From the sequence record SRR16203515_1307: a stretch of 43,844 nucleotides of DNA, one strand, 5' to 3'. This document shows positions 20,762-30,768 of the stretch, piece by piece. How positions within the stretch are numbered: position 1 is the first letter of the stretch; each line of letters opens with the position of its first letter. Position numbers and translations under genes: made by a program. The notes under the pieces were generated by a model. The model had not been told where the DNA came from, made no database searches, and saw nothing but the letters and a program-made list of their open reading frames with translations.

Positions 20762-21724
20762 CTACTCTTTAAACCATTTTGCCATATTGCTTAATGTTTT
20801 TTGAAACCCGTTCATAGGCTTTATAACAAACCTATCAAAAACAATTTCCTTCGCTTCAGTTGTTGTGGTTAATGTCTGATTTAATTCGTGCAACTCATTG
20901 ACGCTTAAATCAAGGTTTGCTTCGTTTGGTTGATAGGTAGTGCCAATAGGATAGTACAAAGATGGCTTCTTCGTCATTTCAATATGTGCGCCCATTATTG
21001 CGGCAACTTCATTGTCTTTTGAAAATGTGGAAAGTGCTTGAATGCTCTCGCGGTATGCTTGCCAATCTTTTACATAAACGAGTCCTGCGTAGAAAGTATC
21101 CCCTGTCATAAGCCATTTCGTTTTATGATCGTATATCGTGATAGATTCTTCTTGGTGACCCGGTGTTGGAATGACGGTTATCTCTCTTTCACCTAAATCA
21201 ATCTTTACCAGTTCCTTTGGCCAATTAGTAAAACCAAAATAGCTTTTTAACCCTTCCTCGGTTGGGCCAACTAACGTAACATTTCCCAAGTTTTCAAAAG
21301 AAGCATCACCTTGGTAATGATCGCTATGACTATGGGAGTGAACCACAACAATTTCTTTACTACTAAATGCAGTTTTGCCGACTATATTTTCGATTTCGGC
21401 GCTCAAAGAGAATGTAGGAGTATCCTTAAGTGCACCGGTATCAATAACCAATATTTTGTCTTCGCCTGAAAGAACATAGATAAACGGCGCTTCAAAGGTT
21501 AAACATTTATTTTGTCTAATGATAAAAGTTTGTTCGCTATGTTTATAAACGTCATGCGATTGCGCGTTATTACTATCGCACTTTGGAGAGCCGTGCATCC
21601 AACTCGCTTTTTCTATGACAGAACGATGTTCAATTCCTTGTGCTGACACGTTTTCATCTACCGCGTTTATCTGTTGCGCTGCACAGCCAGAAACCATAAA
21701 AATAATTGGTATAAGAAATTTCAT
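20762..21724 (-). CDS. MBL-fold metallo-hydrolase, predicted lipoprotein
   Basis: Lipobox VSGC, IDTG, HSHSDH, TPGH, TGD, GAH. Confidence 0.88.
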   Translation of the reverse strand: MKFLIPIIFMVSGCAAQQINAVDENVSAQGIEHRSVIEKASWMHGSPKCDSNNAQSHDVYKHSEQTFIIRQNKCLTFEAPFIYVLSGEDKILVIDTGALKDTPTFSLSAEIENIVGKTAFSSKEIVVVHSHSHSDHYQGDASFENLGNVTLVGPTEEGLKSYFGFTNWPKELVKIDLGEREITVIPTPGHQEESITIYDHKTKWLMTGDTFYAGLVYVKDWQAYRESIQALSTFSKDNEVAAIMGAHIEMTKKPSLYYPIGTTYQPNEANLDLSVNELHELNQTLTTTTEAKEIVFDRFVIKPMNGFQKTLSNMAKWFKE

Positions 21725-21828
21725 TCATTCTCCACATTAAAAGTTAGCGCCCAAAAAGGCTGCTCTTAATTCGATAAAATTGCGATAAGAAAACGGAATA
21801 AACTACTTTAAACAAACCATTTATAAGT

Positions 21829-22281
21829 CTAATTAACGCTACGTTTCAATTGTTCTGTTAAAGAGTCCTTAATTGATTGCTTGTAATTGCCGACTAAATC
21901 TAAGCAGACATCGTCTGTGCAATATGAGACAAATGTAAACTCTTCACCTTCTTTGCTTTTAGACCAAATTTCAAAAAGCGTATAGCCATTAAATTTGGTT
22001 TTTTCGACTTCAATTTCAGCCGAGTTTTTCTCAAAGTCAGCGACGATATCAACGTCGTTCAACCGAAAATCCATGTAGTAGCTGCCACTTTCCTTATTAC
22101 CGCAAGAGTAGCCGACGGAAAACTTTTTTGGATCTGATTTTAATCGTTGCAGTTTCACTTGAGCTTCGCAGTTAATCGGCAAGGTTAATTTATCCGGAAA
22201 AATGTTCACAACGAATCCTTTTTCGGCTGCTGCAAATGAGTGAAACGAAATAAGTAGTAATATGAGGCTAAACGGTTTCAT
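21829..22281 (-). CDS. Hypothetical secreted protein with 4 Cys
   Basis: Signal peptide ending SFA; no family recognised. Confidence 0.7.
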   Translation of the reverse strand: MKPFSLILLLISFHSFAAAEKGFVVNIFPDKLTLPINCEAQVKLQRLKSDPKKFSVGYSCGNKESGSYYMDFRLNDVDIVADFEKNSAEIEVEKTKFNGYTLFEIWSKSKEGEEFTFVSYCTDDVCLDLVGNYKQSIKDSLTEQLKRSVN

Positions 22282-22417
22282 TAACGATCCTAGTAATTTT
22301 GAGTGAGTTCAACTTGTCCATCAGTTTAGTGAATTTTAACTAAACAAGCTGCGATTTTACTTCTTTTTACTTTTAAAAAACGTTGCTTTTAAATATCGTT
22401 CCCAACTTTGCGCTTTG

Positions 22418-22777
22418 TTATGCGTCAGATAAGCACCATACTGCAAATTCATTTCCGCTTGGCTCAATAAAGTGAAATCGGCTCCCTCCTGGAAATGAGA
22501 ATATTGGCGTAGAAACCTTACCGCCAAATAACTCTACAGTAGACTGCGCTTGCTCCAGGTCATCAGTTAACAATACAAGCAAGGCTGCCCCATTTGAGGC
22601 TAACGAAGATAATGCTGACTTGTAGAATCCTCCATCTAAACCTTCACCAGTAAACGCAGTGTATTCGTCGCCATAATCGGTGAAACTCCAACAAAAAGCG
22701 TCCTCGAAGAACTTTTTTGTCGCAGGAATATCTTTGGCTGGAAATTCTACATAGTTTAACTTTAAATTTTTCGACAT
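22418..22777 (-). CDS. VOC/glyoxalase family protein
   Basis: LNYVEFPAKD, FTDYGDEY, FSFPGGSRFHFIEPSGNEFAVW. Confidence 0.9.
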   Translation of the reverse strand: MSKNLKLNYVEFPAKDIPATKKFFEDAFCWSFTDYGDEYTAFTGEGLDGGFYKSALSSLASNGAALLVLLTDDLEQAQSTVELFGGKVSTPIFSFPGGSRFHFIEPSGNEFAVWCLSDA

Positions 22778-22827
22778 AACTTAAATCCTTTTAGAGACGT
22801 AATTCCCACTTTAGGGGCTGAAAACGG

Positions 22828-23472
22828 TTAGGTTTTATTACTCGATAGCATGGCCGCCCCTAGCCAAGAAAACCATACTATTTGACTTACACCAAAAATC
22901 TCTGTGAGAACTTCTGCAGGGTAAACAGTGAGAATACCAACAAGGCCAACGAAGAGCCCTAAACAGTTAAGTGTTTTAGGGAGATCTTTGCTTTTTAATG
23001 CGGCGAAACTTAATAATAGCACCCATAAACCTCCTACGACTTCGTTCCCGCCACCTAGGCCTTCTACCACAGAATAGATAGCTCGCCATACGGTCATCGC
23101 TTGTTCAGGGTCTTTAGTTGACAGCTCTATGGCTGACGCTAAACCTATATTGGCAATCATGCCGCTCGCTATGACTAAGCCTACCCAAATAATGCCGAAA
23201 ACAGCCGCTAATTGCGAAAGGGCGGTGGCCTTTATTTTTAATCGTTCATGAAGTGCTAAAACCAAAACTGCTAAAAGAATGCCAAAGAGCACGTACATAA
23301 CAAGATTTATGATAGAAAGGGCTACTTGATTCTCGGCTAGAAAAGCAAATTTCGTCACTGCATCAGCGTCAGCAGGGAAATTCCAGAACGCACCAAAAAA
23401 TATGAAAGCTGATACGTAAATTGCGGCTTCCAAAATAGCGGAAACACCACCTATTCTTTGTAAATTATTCAA
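22828..23472 (-). CDS. Integral membrane protein (DUF4386-like)
   Basis: Six hydrophobic segments, GLGGGNEVVGGLW motif; TTG start with AAGGA RBS. Confidence 0.75.
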   Translation of the reverse strand: MNNLQRIGGVSAILEAAIYVSAFIFFGAFWNFPADADAVTKFAFLAENQVALSIINLVMYVLFGILLAVLVLALHERLKIKATALSQLAAVFGIIWVGLVIASGMIANIGLASAIELSTKDPEQAMTVWRAIYSVVEGLGGGNEVVGGLWVLLLSFAALKSKDLPKTLNCLGLFVGLVGILTVYPAEVLTEIFGVSQIVWFSWLGAAMLSSNKT

Positions 23473-23790
23473 GCTATAAATTCCTTATTATTTGAAAGCA
23501 CAAAAAGCTAATAGTGTTAAGTTATCATTCAAGTTGTTGTCGTTATTATTATGTTATGGATATTACTTTTTTGTGGCGGAAAACGTTTTACTTATAATTT
23601 GACCGCGCCCCAGTTAAAAGATAAACAAGAGAAGTAACGGTTACCATCAACTTTGGCAGGCGCTTTTAATAAAGCTAGCATGGCAATACCTTGGAAAGGA
23701 AAAAAAGGCGGCTCAAATATGTAACTTGAAGTTTCTAATAGGGGAGTTTATTCGATAGGTGCTACACAAAAATTCAAGGGATTTAACCTG

Positions 23791-24409
23791 TTAGGCGAAC
23801 AAGTTTATAACAGCCCCATAGAATACAAGAATTAATCCAAATAGCTGAGGTTTTAAACCGCCAATAGTAATTTCTTTAATAACACCAGAGACATCGCTAT
23901 TTACTTTGGTTTGTACTTTTGTATTAGAGTTTAATTTTGTCTCTAACTTAATAATTTCCTGTTTAGACTCGATAACTTGGTTATTTAGCACTTCAATTTC
24001 ACGTAGAAAGTAATCAACAACCTCTCTAGAATTCTCTGGATTTGGCGGTATGACAAGTCGAGGAGTTAGAGCCCGAGATACTGAATTAGCATCTTTAGGA
24101 CAAATAGCTAATGGCTCCTCTCTTTTGTTCGGGAAAGATTTAAACCAGCTGATAACTAGATATTTTATGTTCGTATTTTTGAACAGCTGAATATTAGAAT
24201 TGATAGATATTAGAATTAAATATCCCCCAATTACTTGTAATAAAAATGAGAGGTATTTGTTTATAATATAATATAATATAATTACTTACGCAGGTGAAGT
24301 TATCAATGCATGGCGAAAAAATCAATGAGAGATGAATTGTCAGTATCAAAAGCGGAATTAGTACAGGCCACGCTTTTAAAGACCATTTGATATAAATTTT
24401 CAAATACAT
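23791..24409 (-). pseudogene. Frameshifted membrane protein gene (about 202 aa when restored)
   Basis: The 5' ORF from ATG 24409 and a stop-free alternative frame running to 23791 join exactly at the (TATAA)4 tract; 619 nt minus 10 nt = 203 codons. Confidence 0.8.
24262..24281. repeat. (TATAA)4 pentanucleotide microsatellite
   Basis: gtt-TATAA-TATAA-TATAA-TATAA-tt read directly. Confidence 0.95.
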
Positions 24410-24551
24410 GCTCCGATGTAAGGGTACACATAACAACGTAATAGTGCGCAATTTGCGCACTTTCCTGAACATAGGTGAAAATTATTTCACTGAACCTAAA
24501 TCAAACATCAACACCCTTGTCATTTAAGTGATTTAGGCTCGCCTAATCTGC

Positions 24552-26063
24552 TTATTTCGCTAACTCTATCATCACAGCGGTATACATTTTGAGATTCAGC
24601 ACAAACTGATCCATCGTGATGTATTCATGCTCAGAATGTCCTGTATATTCGGTACTTGGCATGGAAGGGCCAAAGCTCACGGCATTTGGAAATAAGCGAG
24701 AATTCGTTCCGCCACCAATGGCAATAGGTTTGGCATTTTCAACACCTGTGTAATGAGAAAAAACATCCAGTAGTGTTTGAATGTGTGGAATGTCTTTTTG
24801 CACCCAAGGATCACCAATTTTCACGGTAACTTCTTGTAATTCTGTATTGTTTCTTTTTTCCCAGTTAAGCAGTGTCTGGCGGAATTCATTGGTGAGTTGA
24901 ATATTGTCTTTACCGCGTGGGCGACGAATATTAATACTCAACTTTTTACCATTGTCTTGTTCTTTTATCACGGTAGGTGACACTGTCATCTTTCCCATAA
25001 ATGCATCTTCGTAAGCAACATTGCCAAAACGCTTTCCGTACAAACCAGTGCCTAAATGTTGGTTGATAAAATTCACTAGAGAACCGCTCGCATTGCTCGA
25101 CCATTTTTGAAATGACAATAAGTCAGCCAAATGTGTAATGGCGTTAATGCCGTCTTCTGGTTTAGATGAATGAGCTGATTTTCCTAGGGCCGTTATCGTT
25201 AAAATATCTTCTTTAAGCTCAAAATCGTATTGAATGCCTTTGTGCTTTTCTGCTGCGGTCATTAAGCGTTCTAGCAAATCAAAATTGGCATTGTCGATAA
25301 CCACTTTCGCGTCTTCTGGAATTTGGCTACCAAAAAAGCCGCCGCTAAATTCCATGATGTAAGCTCGCCCGTTTTTCACATGTTTCTTAATTTTTCTATC
25401 AGGGAAAACCATGCTTACTGTGCCGTAACCTTTCTCAGCTGTTACTACTGGGTATTCGGCATCTATGGTGATATTTGTTTGCGGCAAGTCGTTATTTTTT
25501 ACGTATTCGCGTAGAGGCTCCCAATCAGACTCTTCGGCCATATAAACATATAGTTCTATGCGCTTATTTAATGTTATGCCTTTGTCTTTAATTGATTTCA
25601 TTGCGTATAACGCGGTTGAAATTGGGCCTTTGTCATCTTCAGTACCGCGGCCAATAATATTGCCTGGCTCTGATGTAGTATCTAGTTCAAATGGAGATTT
25701 TTTCCATTTAGCAGGATTAACGGGTTGAACATCGCCATGGGTGATAATGCCAACGCGTTCTTTGCTATCGCCTAAGCCTACAATCAGCACATAACCGTGG
25801 TCAGTAAAATCTAGCCCTAGCCCTAACGCTTGTTTTTTCAACTCTTCTTTAAAGGCTATATGTACAGGGTTTTCAGTAGAAGGCGTTCCTTCTTCAGCCA
25901 CTGTATTGTGCTTTACAAGTGCGCGTAAACTTTCAACCATATCAAGCTGGTAGGTTTCTACCGCATAGTTTGCAACGCGCTCTGCATCTGCGCTGATGTT
26001 TTTAGCATTACCCGTAAACGAGAGTAACGCCAGCGGTAGTAATAATAGGGAGAATAACTTCAC
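24552..26063 (-). CDS. M20-family metallo-dipeptidase (PepV/Sapep-like), exported
   Basis: Signal peptide, HGDVQP, GRGTEDDKGP, AEES, SAHSSKPE, GGGT, GH-x2-HE. Confidence 0.88.
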   Translation of the reverse strand: MKLFSLLLLPLALLSFTGNAKNISADAERVANYAVETYQLDMVESLRALVKHNTVAEEGTPSTENPVHIAFKEELKKQALGLGLDFTDHGYVLIVGLGDSKERVGIITHGDVQPVNPAKWKKSPFELDTTSEPGNIIGRGTEDDKGPISTALYAMKSIKDKGITLNKRIELYVYMAEESDWEPLREYVKNNDLPQTNITIDAEYPVVTAEKGYGTVSMVFPDRKIKKHVKNGRAYIMEFSGGFFGSQIPEDAKVVIDNANFDLLERLMTAAEKHKGIQYDFELKEDILTITALGKSAHSSKPEDGINAITHLADLLSFQKWSSNASGSLVNFINQHLGTGLYGKRFGNVAYEDAFMGKMTVSPTVIKEQDNGKKLSINIRRPRGKDNIQLTNEFRQTLLNWEKRNNTELQEVTVKIGDPWVQKDIPHIQTLLDVFSHYTGVENAKPIAIGGGTNSRLFPNAVSFGPSMPSTEYTGHSEHEYITMDQFVLNLKMYTAVMIELAK

Positions 26064-26353
26064 AAATTTTCCTTAAAGAGGCTTGAGTAACATGCAATAT
26101 GGGGCTTGCGTTAGTGCGCGCTATGATACCAAAAGCTGGCGTTACAACGACAACGTTTTTCAAAAAAACACCCGTAGAATCAGCAACAATAACTTTACGT
26201 TATGCGAAAAAATATGACAGAAGATAACACCTGAAGTTCAATCAGATACTACAATGTTTAACAGGGTTTTTATGTTTATCGTGATAGATTACTAACTATA
26301 CTCGTGTGCATTCGAAAATTTGCCGAATTAAAACAAAGGATACAAGGGAAATC

Positions 26354-27085
26354 ATGGAAAATAACCGTTCTTCAAACAGCAATACTTACGCTTTTATTCT
26401 TGGCATCAGCATGATTATCGCAATGTCAATATTCGGACTTTATTTGAAAGGTGCCGTGGTGAGTTTTAAACAGTTTGATAGAAGCGTTACGGTGAAAGGT
26501 TTATCAGAACGAGAATACCAAGCTGACATTGTTATTTGGCCGATTGAATTTTCCGTAGCAGATAACGAGTTAGAAGCTCTCTATGGAGCGATAGAGTCAA
26601 ACACAGCCAATATTAAATCATTCCTGTTAGATAAAGGTGTCGCGGATGACGAAATTTCTTTCACAGCCCCTGCAATTATGGATAAGTCAGCACAGCAATA
26701 TGGCGACAGTTCTGGTTCTCAGTTTCGCTACAGCGCTTCACAAACCGTCACTGTGTATTCTAAAAATATAGACGCAGTGCGAAACATCATGAGCAAATTA
26801 TCGGAACTTGGTAAGCAAGGCATCGTTTTTACGGGCGGTAATTATCAATCGAGAACAGAGTATTTGTTTACTCGGTTGAACGAAGTAAAGCCAGAAATGA
26901 TAGAAGAAGCAACACGCAAAGCACGTGAAGTTGCCGAGAAGTTTGCTTCAGACTCACAAAGCCAATTAGGCAAAATAAAAAAGGCCTCACAAGGGCAATT
27001 CAGTATTAACGCTCGAGATAAAAATAACCCCCACATCAAAAAAGTGCGCGTGGTTTCAACGGTGCAATATTACCTGTCCGATTAA
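26354..27085 (+). CDS. SIMPL (DUF541) domain protein
   Basis: RSVTVKGLSERE, KPEMIEEAT, ASQGQFSI, KKVRVVSTV; ATG 26354 after AAGGGA. Confidence 0.88.
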   Translation: MENNRSSNSNTYAFILGISMIIAMSIFGLYLKGAVVSFKQFDRSVTVKGLSEREYQADIVIWPIEFSVADNELEALYGAIESNTANIKSFLLDKGVADDEISFTAPAIMDKSAQQYGDSSGSQFRYSASQTVTVYSKNIDAVRNIMSKLSELGKQGIVFTGGNYQSRTEYLFTRLNEVKPEMIEEATRKAREVAEKFASDSQSQLGKIKKASQGQFSINARDKNNPHIKKVRVVSTVQYYLSD

Positions 27086-27205
27086 TGTTTGTTCATTAAT
27101 TTTGGAGTTTATTTAGCCTTTCGAAAACTGCCTTTTAACTGGACAGACCATAGGTGCTCAAATAGAATCATCGACAGATTTTATTGGTTCATAACAAAGG
27201 TATCT

Positions 27206-27730
27206 ATGTATCCGTTTTTTAAGTTAACAAGCACACTTTTTAAAGCTAAGAAAAAAGATAAAATCCATCTTGGCGAATCTAGTGAAATGTTCTGTCGGGC
27301 TGGCTTAACCGACATTGACATGTTTATGGAACTAAACAACGCGAGATACTTTAATTATATGGAATTAGGGCGTTGGGATTTTTCTCACCGTGTTGGTTTC
27401 TATGATCTAATGAAAGAAAATAAGTGGGGCATCGCGGTTGGTGGTGCAAGTATTCGTTATCGTAAACGCATACCCGCTTTTGCCAAATTCAAACTAACAA
27501 CGCAAATGCTTTGTCACGATGAGCGTTGGTTTTACTTTCTGCAAGAAACTCATATCAAAGACAAGATTTGCTCTTCAGCATTGATCAAAATCGGTACAAC
27601 TTCAAAAGAGGGGTTAGTACCAGCAACAACTGTGATTGAAAAGTACGGTGAAGATTTTAACCCTGAAATGCCAGAGTGGGTAAGTGCGTGGATAGCGGCT
27701 GAAGGACAGAGACCTTGGCCGAAATCGTAG
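27206..27730 (+). CDS. Hotdog-fold acyl-CoA thioesterase
   Basis: DIDMFMELNNARY...ELGR motif; start MYPFFKL at 27206 after AAGG. Confidence 0.85.
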   Translation: MYPFFKLTSTLFKAKKKDKIHLGESSEMFCRAGLTDIDMFMELNNARYFNYMELGRWDFSHRVGFYDLMKENKWGIAVGGASIRYRKRIPAFAKFKLTTQMLCHDERWFYFLQETHIKDKICSSALIKIGTTSKEGLVPATTVIEKYGEDFNPEMPEWVSAWIAAEGQRPWPKS

Positions 27731-27744
27731 ATTGAACAAATCAA

Positions 27745-28050
27745 TTAGCGCATCATATTGTATTTTAAACGTAGCGTAATTATCTCTTGTTTTAACTTAT
27801 GTTTGATTTTCTCTTCTGCAGCAATCGCCAAGGCTTGTTCTTTTTCTTTAATCTCAGAGAGCAAAGCGAGTTTTGGTGGTTTGAAACCTGAATCGACCAG
27901 CACGCGATTGATCGCTCTTGTTTCTTTCGGCGCCCTGAAATAATCCGAAAAATCTATTTTCTTACCACGGTAAGGGTTCCTTTCCAACTCACCTGCTTTG
28001 CGCATTTTCTCTAAATTTCTAGCGATATGTTGATCAAAATAGTTCGTCAT
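27745..28050 (-). CDS. DUF1992-like small protein
   Basis: GEL-x2-PYRGKKID and SGFKPP motifs; AGAGG RBS. Confidence 0.75.
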   Translation of the reverse strand: MTNYFDQHIARNLEKMRKAGELERNPYRGKKIDFSDYFRAPKETRAINRVLVDSGFKPPKLALLSEIKEKEQALAIAAEEKIKHKLKQEIITLRLKYNMMR

Positions 28051-28144
28051 TTCTGCCTCTATTAAAACACATGTGTTGCATATGCTTATACTCTAAGGCA
28101 TGTATTAAACAACTGTTGTAACAAGGTGTAGTTACTTTGCGGAT

Positions 28145-28173
28145 AAAAAAGCCCTAAACAAAACGCTTAGGGC
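28145..28173 (-). terminator. Intrinsic terminator of the ABC exporter operon
   Basis: Minus strand GCCCTAA...TTAGGGC-TTTTTT. Confidence 0.75.
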
Positions 28174-28222
28174 AATAGCAACGAACTTTCCTTTAACAAA
28201 TGATTAAGATATAACGACCGCT

Positions 28223-29434
28223 TTACACTGAACGAGTCGCTGTTGCTGGCGGAATATTTGCGGCTCTTGTTGCCGGAAATAGCACCGATAGCTGTCCTAG
28301 AATAAAAAGAGAAACCAAACCAACAATAATCAACGTTGGGCCAATCGGCGCAATGGTAAAAGTATTCACTAGCCAGATATTAAGGCCAATTGCACCGCCG
28401 ATGCCTAGCAGCAAACCCACAGTTGTTATCAGTAAATTTTCAACCATAAAATAGCGCATAATTTGCCATTTCGTTGCGCCTAATGCTCGGCGTGTACCAA
28501 TCTGCTTTGTGCGTCGATTAATACTGAACATAGCAAGGCCAACAATACCAAATCCCGTAATTAGCAATAATGTGATGATCACGGTGGTTAAAATTTTGTT
28601 AGTTGCGTTATGACGCTGATAACTTCGTTCACGCGTTTCTTCCATGGTGGTCACGCGTCGAATAATGCGATTCTTATCAGATTCAGCTAATGCTTTTTCG
28701 ATTGTTGGCATTAATTCATCGCGTCGGCCTTCCTCGGTTCTAATGAAAAATCGACCGCCACCAGTTTCCATTTTGTAAGGGATTAACATCGCACGTTCAA
28801 CGCCATCCCATCCGTTCCATGGTGCTTGCAATCGATCAATTATGCCGATGATTTGCACTGGTTGTGTTTGCGAAATATAAACCGTTTTTCCCAATGCCGT
28901 TTGATAGTCATCGCCAAACAAGTTTTCTGCCATGGCCTTAGTGATGATGGTTTTTGGTGGCCAGCGGGTATCTGACTCGGCGCGCCACATGATATCTTCA
29001 GGCTCGAAATTAGTACCTGCGATAAGGTCAACACCCAACGCATTTAACGCATGGTCATCCACCATATACACGGCTAATCCTGTACTGTCTTTTCCCTCGC
29101 CAGGTTCAGTTTGTAATCCCATTGACCAACCGCCGCCACTCATTGGAATCGCGTTGATTTGAATCGCATCAACAACGCCTTCAGTTGAACGAATTAGACG
29201 TAAATCATCTTCTAAGGCAGCTTGATTATTGTAGTCTTGAGCAAATACCGTATTGGTTAAGTAAAAGGTATTTAGCTCATCAACACCGCTAGGTCGTAGC
29301 ATTTGTTGATTGCGCTCTTGCATCATAAACACTGCGTTTACCATGATGGTCATGGTTAACGCTATTTGCAGTGCAATTAACGCGGCGCCAATCTTGTTGC
29401 GCATTAAGGCGCGAAAAATTAATCCTAATTCCAT
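28223..29434 (-). CDS. MacB/FtsX-family ABC permease
   Basis: One TM, a periplasmic domain, three TM; RTKQIGTRRALGA, PATATR. Confidence 0.9.
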   Translation of the reverse strand: MELGLIFRALMRNKIGAALIALQIALTMTIMVNAVFMMQERNQQMLRPSGVDELNTFYLTNTVFAQDYNNQAALEDDLRLIRSTEGVVDAIQINAIPMSGGGWSMGLQTEPGEGKDSTGLAVYMVDDHALNALGVDLIAGTNFEPEDIMWRAESDTRWPPKTIITKAMAENLFGDDYQTALGKTVYISQTQPVQIIGIIDRLQAPWNGWDGVERAMLIPYKMETGGGRFFIRTEEGRRDELMPTIEKALAESDKNRIIRRVTTMEETRERSYQRHNATNKILTTVIITLLLITGFGIVGLAMFSINRRTKQIGTRRALGATKWQIMRYFMVENLLITTVGLLLGIGGAIGLNIWLVNTFTIAPIGPTLIIVGLVSLFILGQLSVLFPATRAANIPPATATRSV

Positions 29435-29445
29435 CTCTAAATTCC

Positions 29446-30756
29446 TTATTGGCTTTTAAGCTGGCTAGCGGGTTGAATAGAGCTAGCGCGCCACGTTGGG
29501 TATACACCAGCAATGATACTGGTAAGCACTGCCATGCCGATCGCCGCAATCACCATGTTGGTATCTAATTTGGCAAGATCTTGCATCATATCGCCGTACA
29601 AAATAACGATGCCTTTAAGTCCTAACCAAGCTAAAAATAATCCTAAAATTCCACCCGCGAAACCGATGCAGCTAGCCTCAACAATATATTGTGAAAACAA
29701 CGATTGCTTGCTGGCGCCAAGTGCTTGTCGAACGCCAATTTCCGCTGACTTTCCAAGAAATTTAGCCAATAACAATCCAACGGTATTGAGTAAGCAGACG
29801 AAAAGGAACATGAGCGACATTGCCATCATCATAGTGCTATCGTCAGAAACTACGTCTTGGTCTTCTAGCCATTGGCTTGGCGTTAATAAACGGTTTTCTA
29901 ACGGACGAGGAAAACGTCCCATGCTTTTTTGTTCTTCTACATAGGCATTAAGAAAGCTCATGTAGTCTTCTTTTTCTTGCTGATCTCTAAGCTCAACCCA
30001 AAACTGAGTCCATACACATTCTGAGTTAAAGAAAGCTTCGCGACCTTCACCTACAGGTTTCCAGCAATTTGTATTGCCCGAGCGTCCCAATTTATCTTCA
30101 TGGATCAGGCTAAACGGGGCGAAAATGTCGGCGCTGTCGTTAAACGCGCCTGTGGTCAGATCATAAAATCGAGGTTTAGGACTCCAAGTATTGATTACGC
30201 CTACAACAGTAAACATGTTTCCTTGAATGCGAATTTGCTTACCGACAGAGTCTTCACCACCAAAAAGTCTTTCGTTGGTTTCTCTGCTCAGCACAGCAAC
30301 TTGTTCTTTATTGGCATCAGCATCGCTTGACCAACCATTGCCGTATAAAAAAGGCACGTCAAACATGGCGAAAAAATCAGCTGAATTCGCACGGCCTTGC
30401 ACCATGAAAGGCAAAGTATCTTTTCCTTCAGGCTCAATAACCACCGACATCTGAGACTGTACATTTTGACGGAAGGCTCGATCGGCTTTCATCAAATTGG
30501 TGGAATCAACATAGGTTAGTTGGTCTGGCAATTCACCATTGTCTCCATAACCATCATTTGGATCCCAGCTATCAAGTTGCACGTGATATAGCACGTCATT
30601 CTTATGGGCAATAGGGTTTGCTGACATCATGTAGTTCACAGTAATTGTGGTCATTGAGGCGCCAATGCCTAGCCCAATGGCCGTGATCATTAGCAAACTT
30701 AAACCCCAATGTTTGCGAATACTGATGCTGGCTAATTTTATATAATACAAAAACAT
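29446..30756 (-). CDS. MacB/FtsX-family ABC permease
   Basis: EIGVRQALGAS, YPTWRAS, large periplasmic domain. Confidence 0.9.
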   Translation of the reverse strand: MFLYYIKLASISIRKHWGLSLLMITAIGLGIGASMTTITVNYMMSANPIAHKNDVLYHVQLDSWDPNDGYGDNGELPDQLTYVDSTNLMKADRAFRQNVQSQMSVVIEPEGKDTLPFMVQGRANSADFFAMFDVPFLYGNGWSSDADANKEQVAVLSRETNERLFGGEDSVGKQIRIQGNMFTVVGVINTWSPKPRFYDLTTGAFNDSADIFAPFSLIHEDKLGRSGNTNCWKPVGEGREAFFNSECVWTQFWVELRDQQEKEDYMSFLNAYVEEQKSMGRFPRPLENRLLTPSQWLEDQDVVSDDSTMMMAMSLMFLFVCLLNTVGLLLAKFLGKSAEIGVRQALGASKQSLFSQYIVEASCIGFAGGILGLFLAWLGLKGIVILYGDMMQDLAKLDTNMVIAAIGMAVLTSIIAGVYPTWRASSIQPASQLKSQ

Positions 30757-30768
30757 GGCTAACTCCTT

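Noticed and set aside
20762-21724. MBL-fold protein (and the serine hydrolase at 39031-40113) as antibiotic-resistance beta-lactamases
   Set aside because: Fold motifs alone do not establish beta-lactam hydrolysis; both superfamilies are mostly other hydrolases
23634-23644. GTAACGGTTAC palindrome as operator of the window's LacI
   Set aside because: LacI-like in form but single, short, 10 kb from lacI and not beside sugar genes
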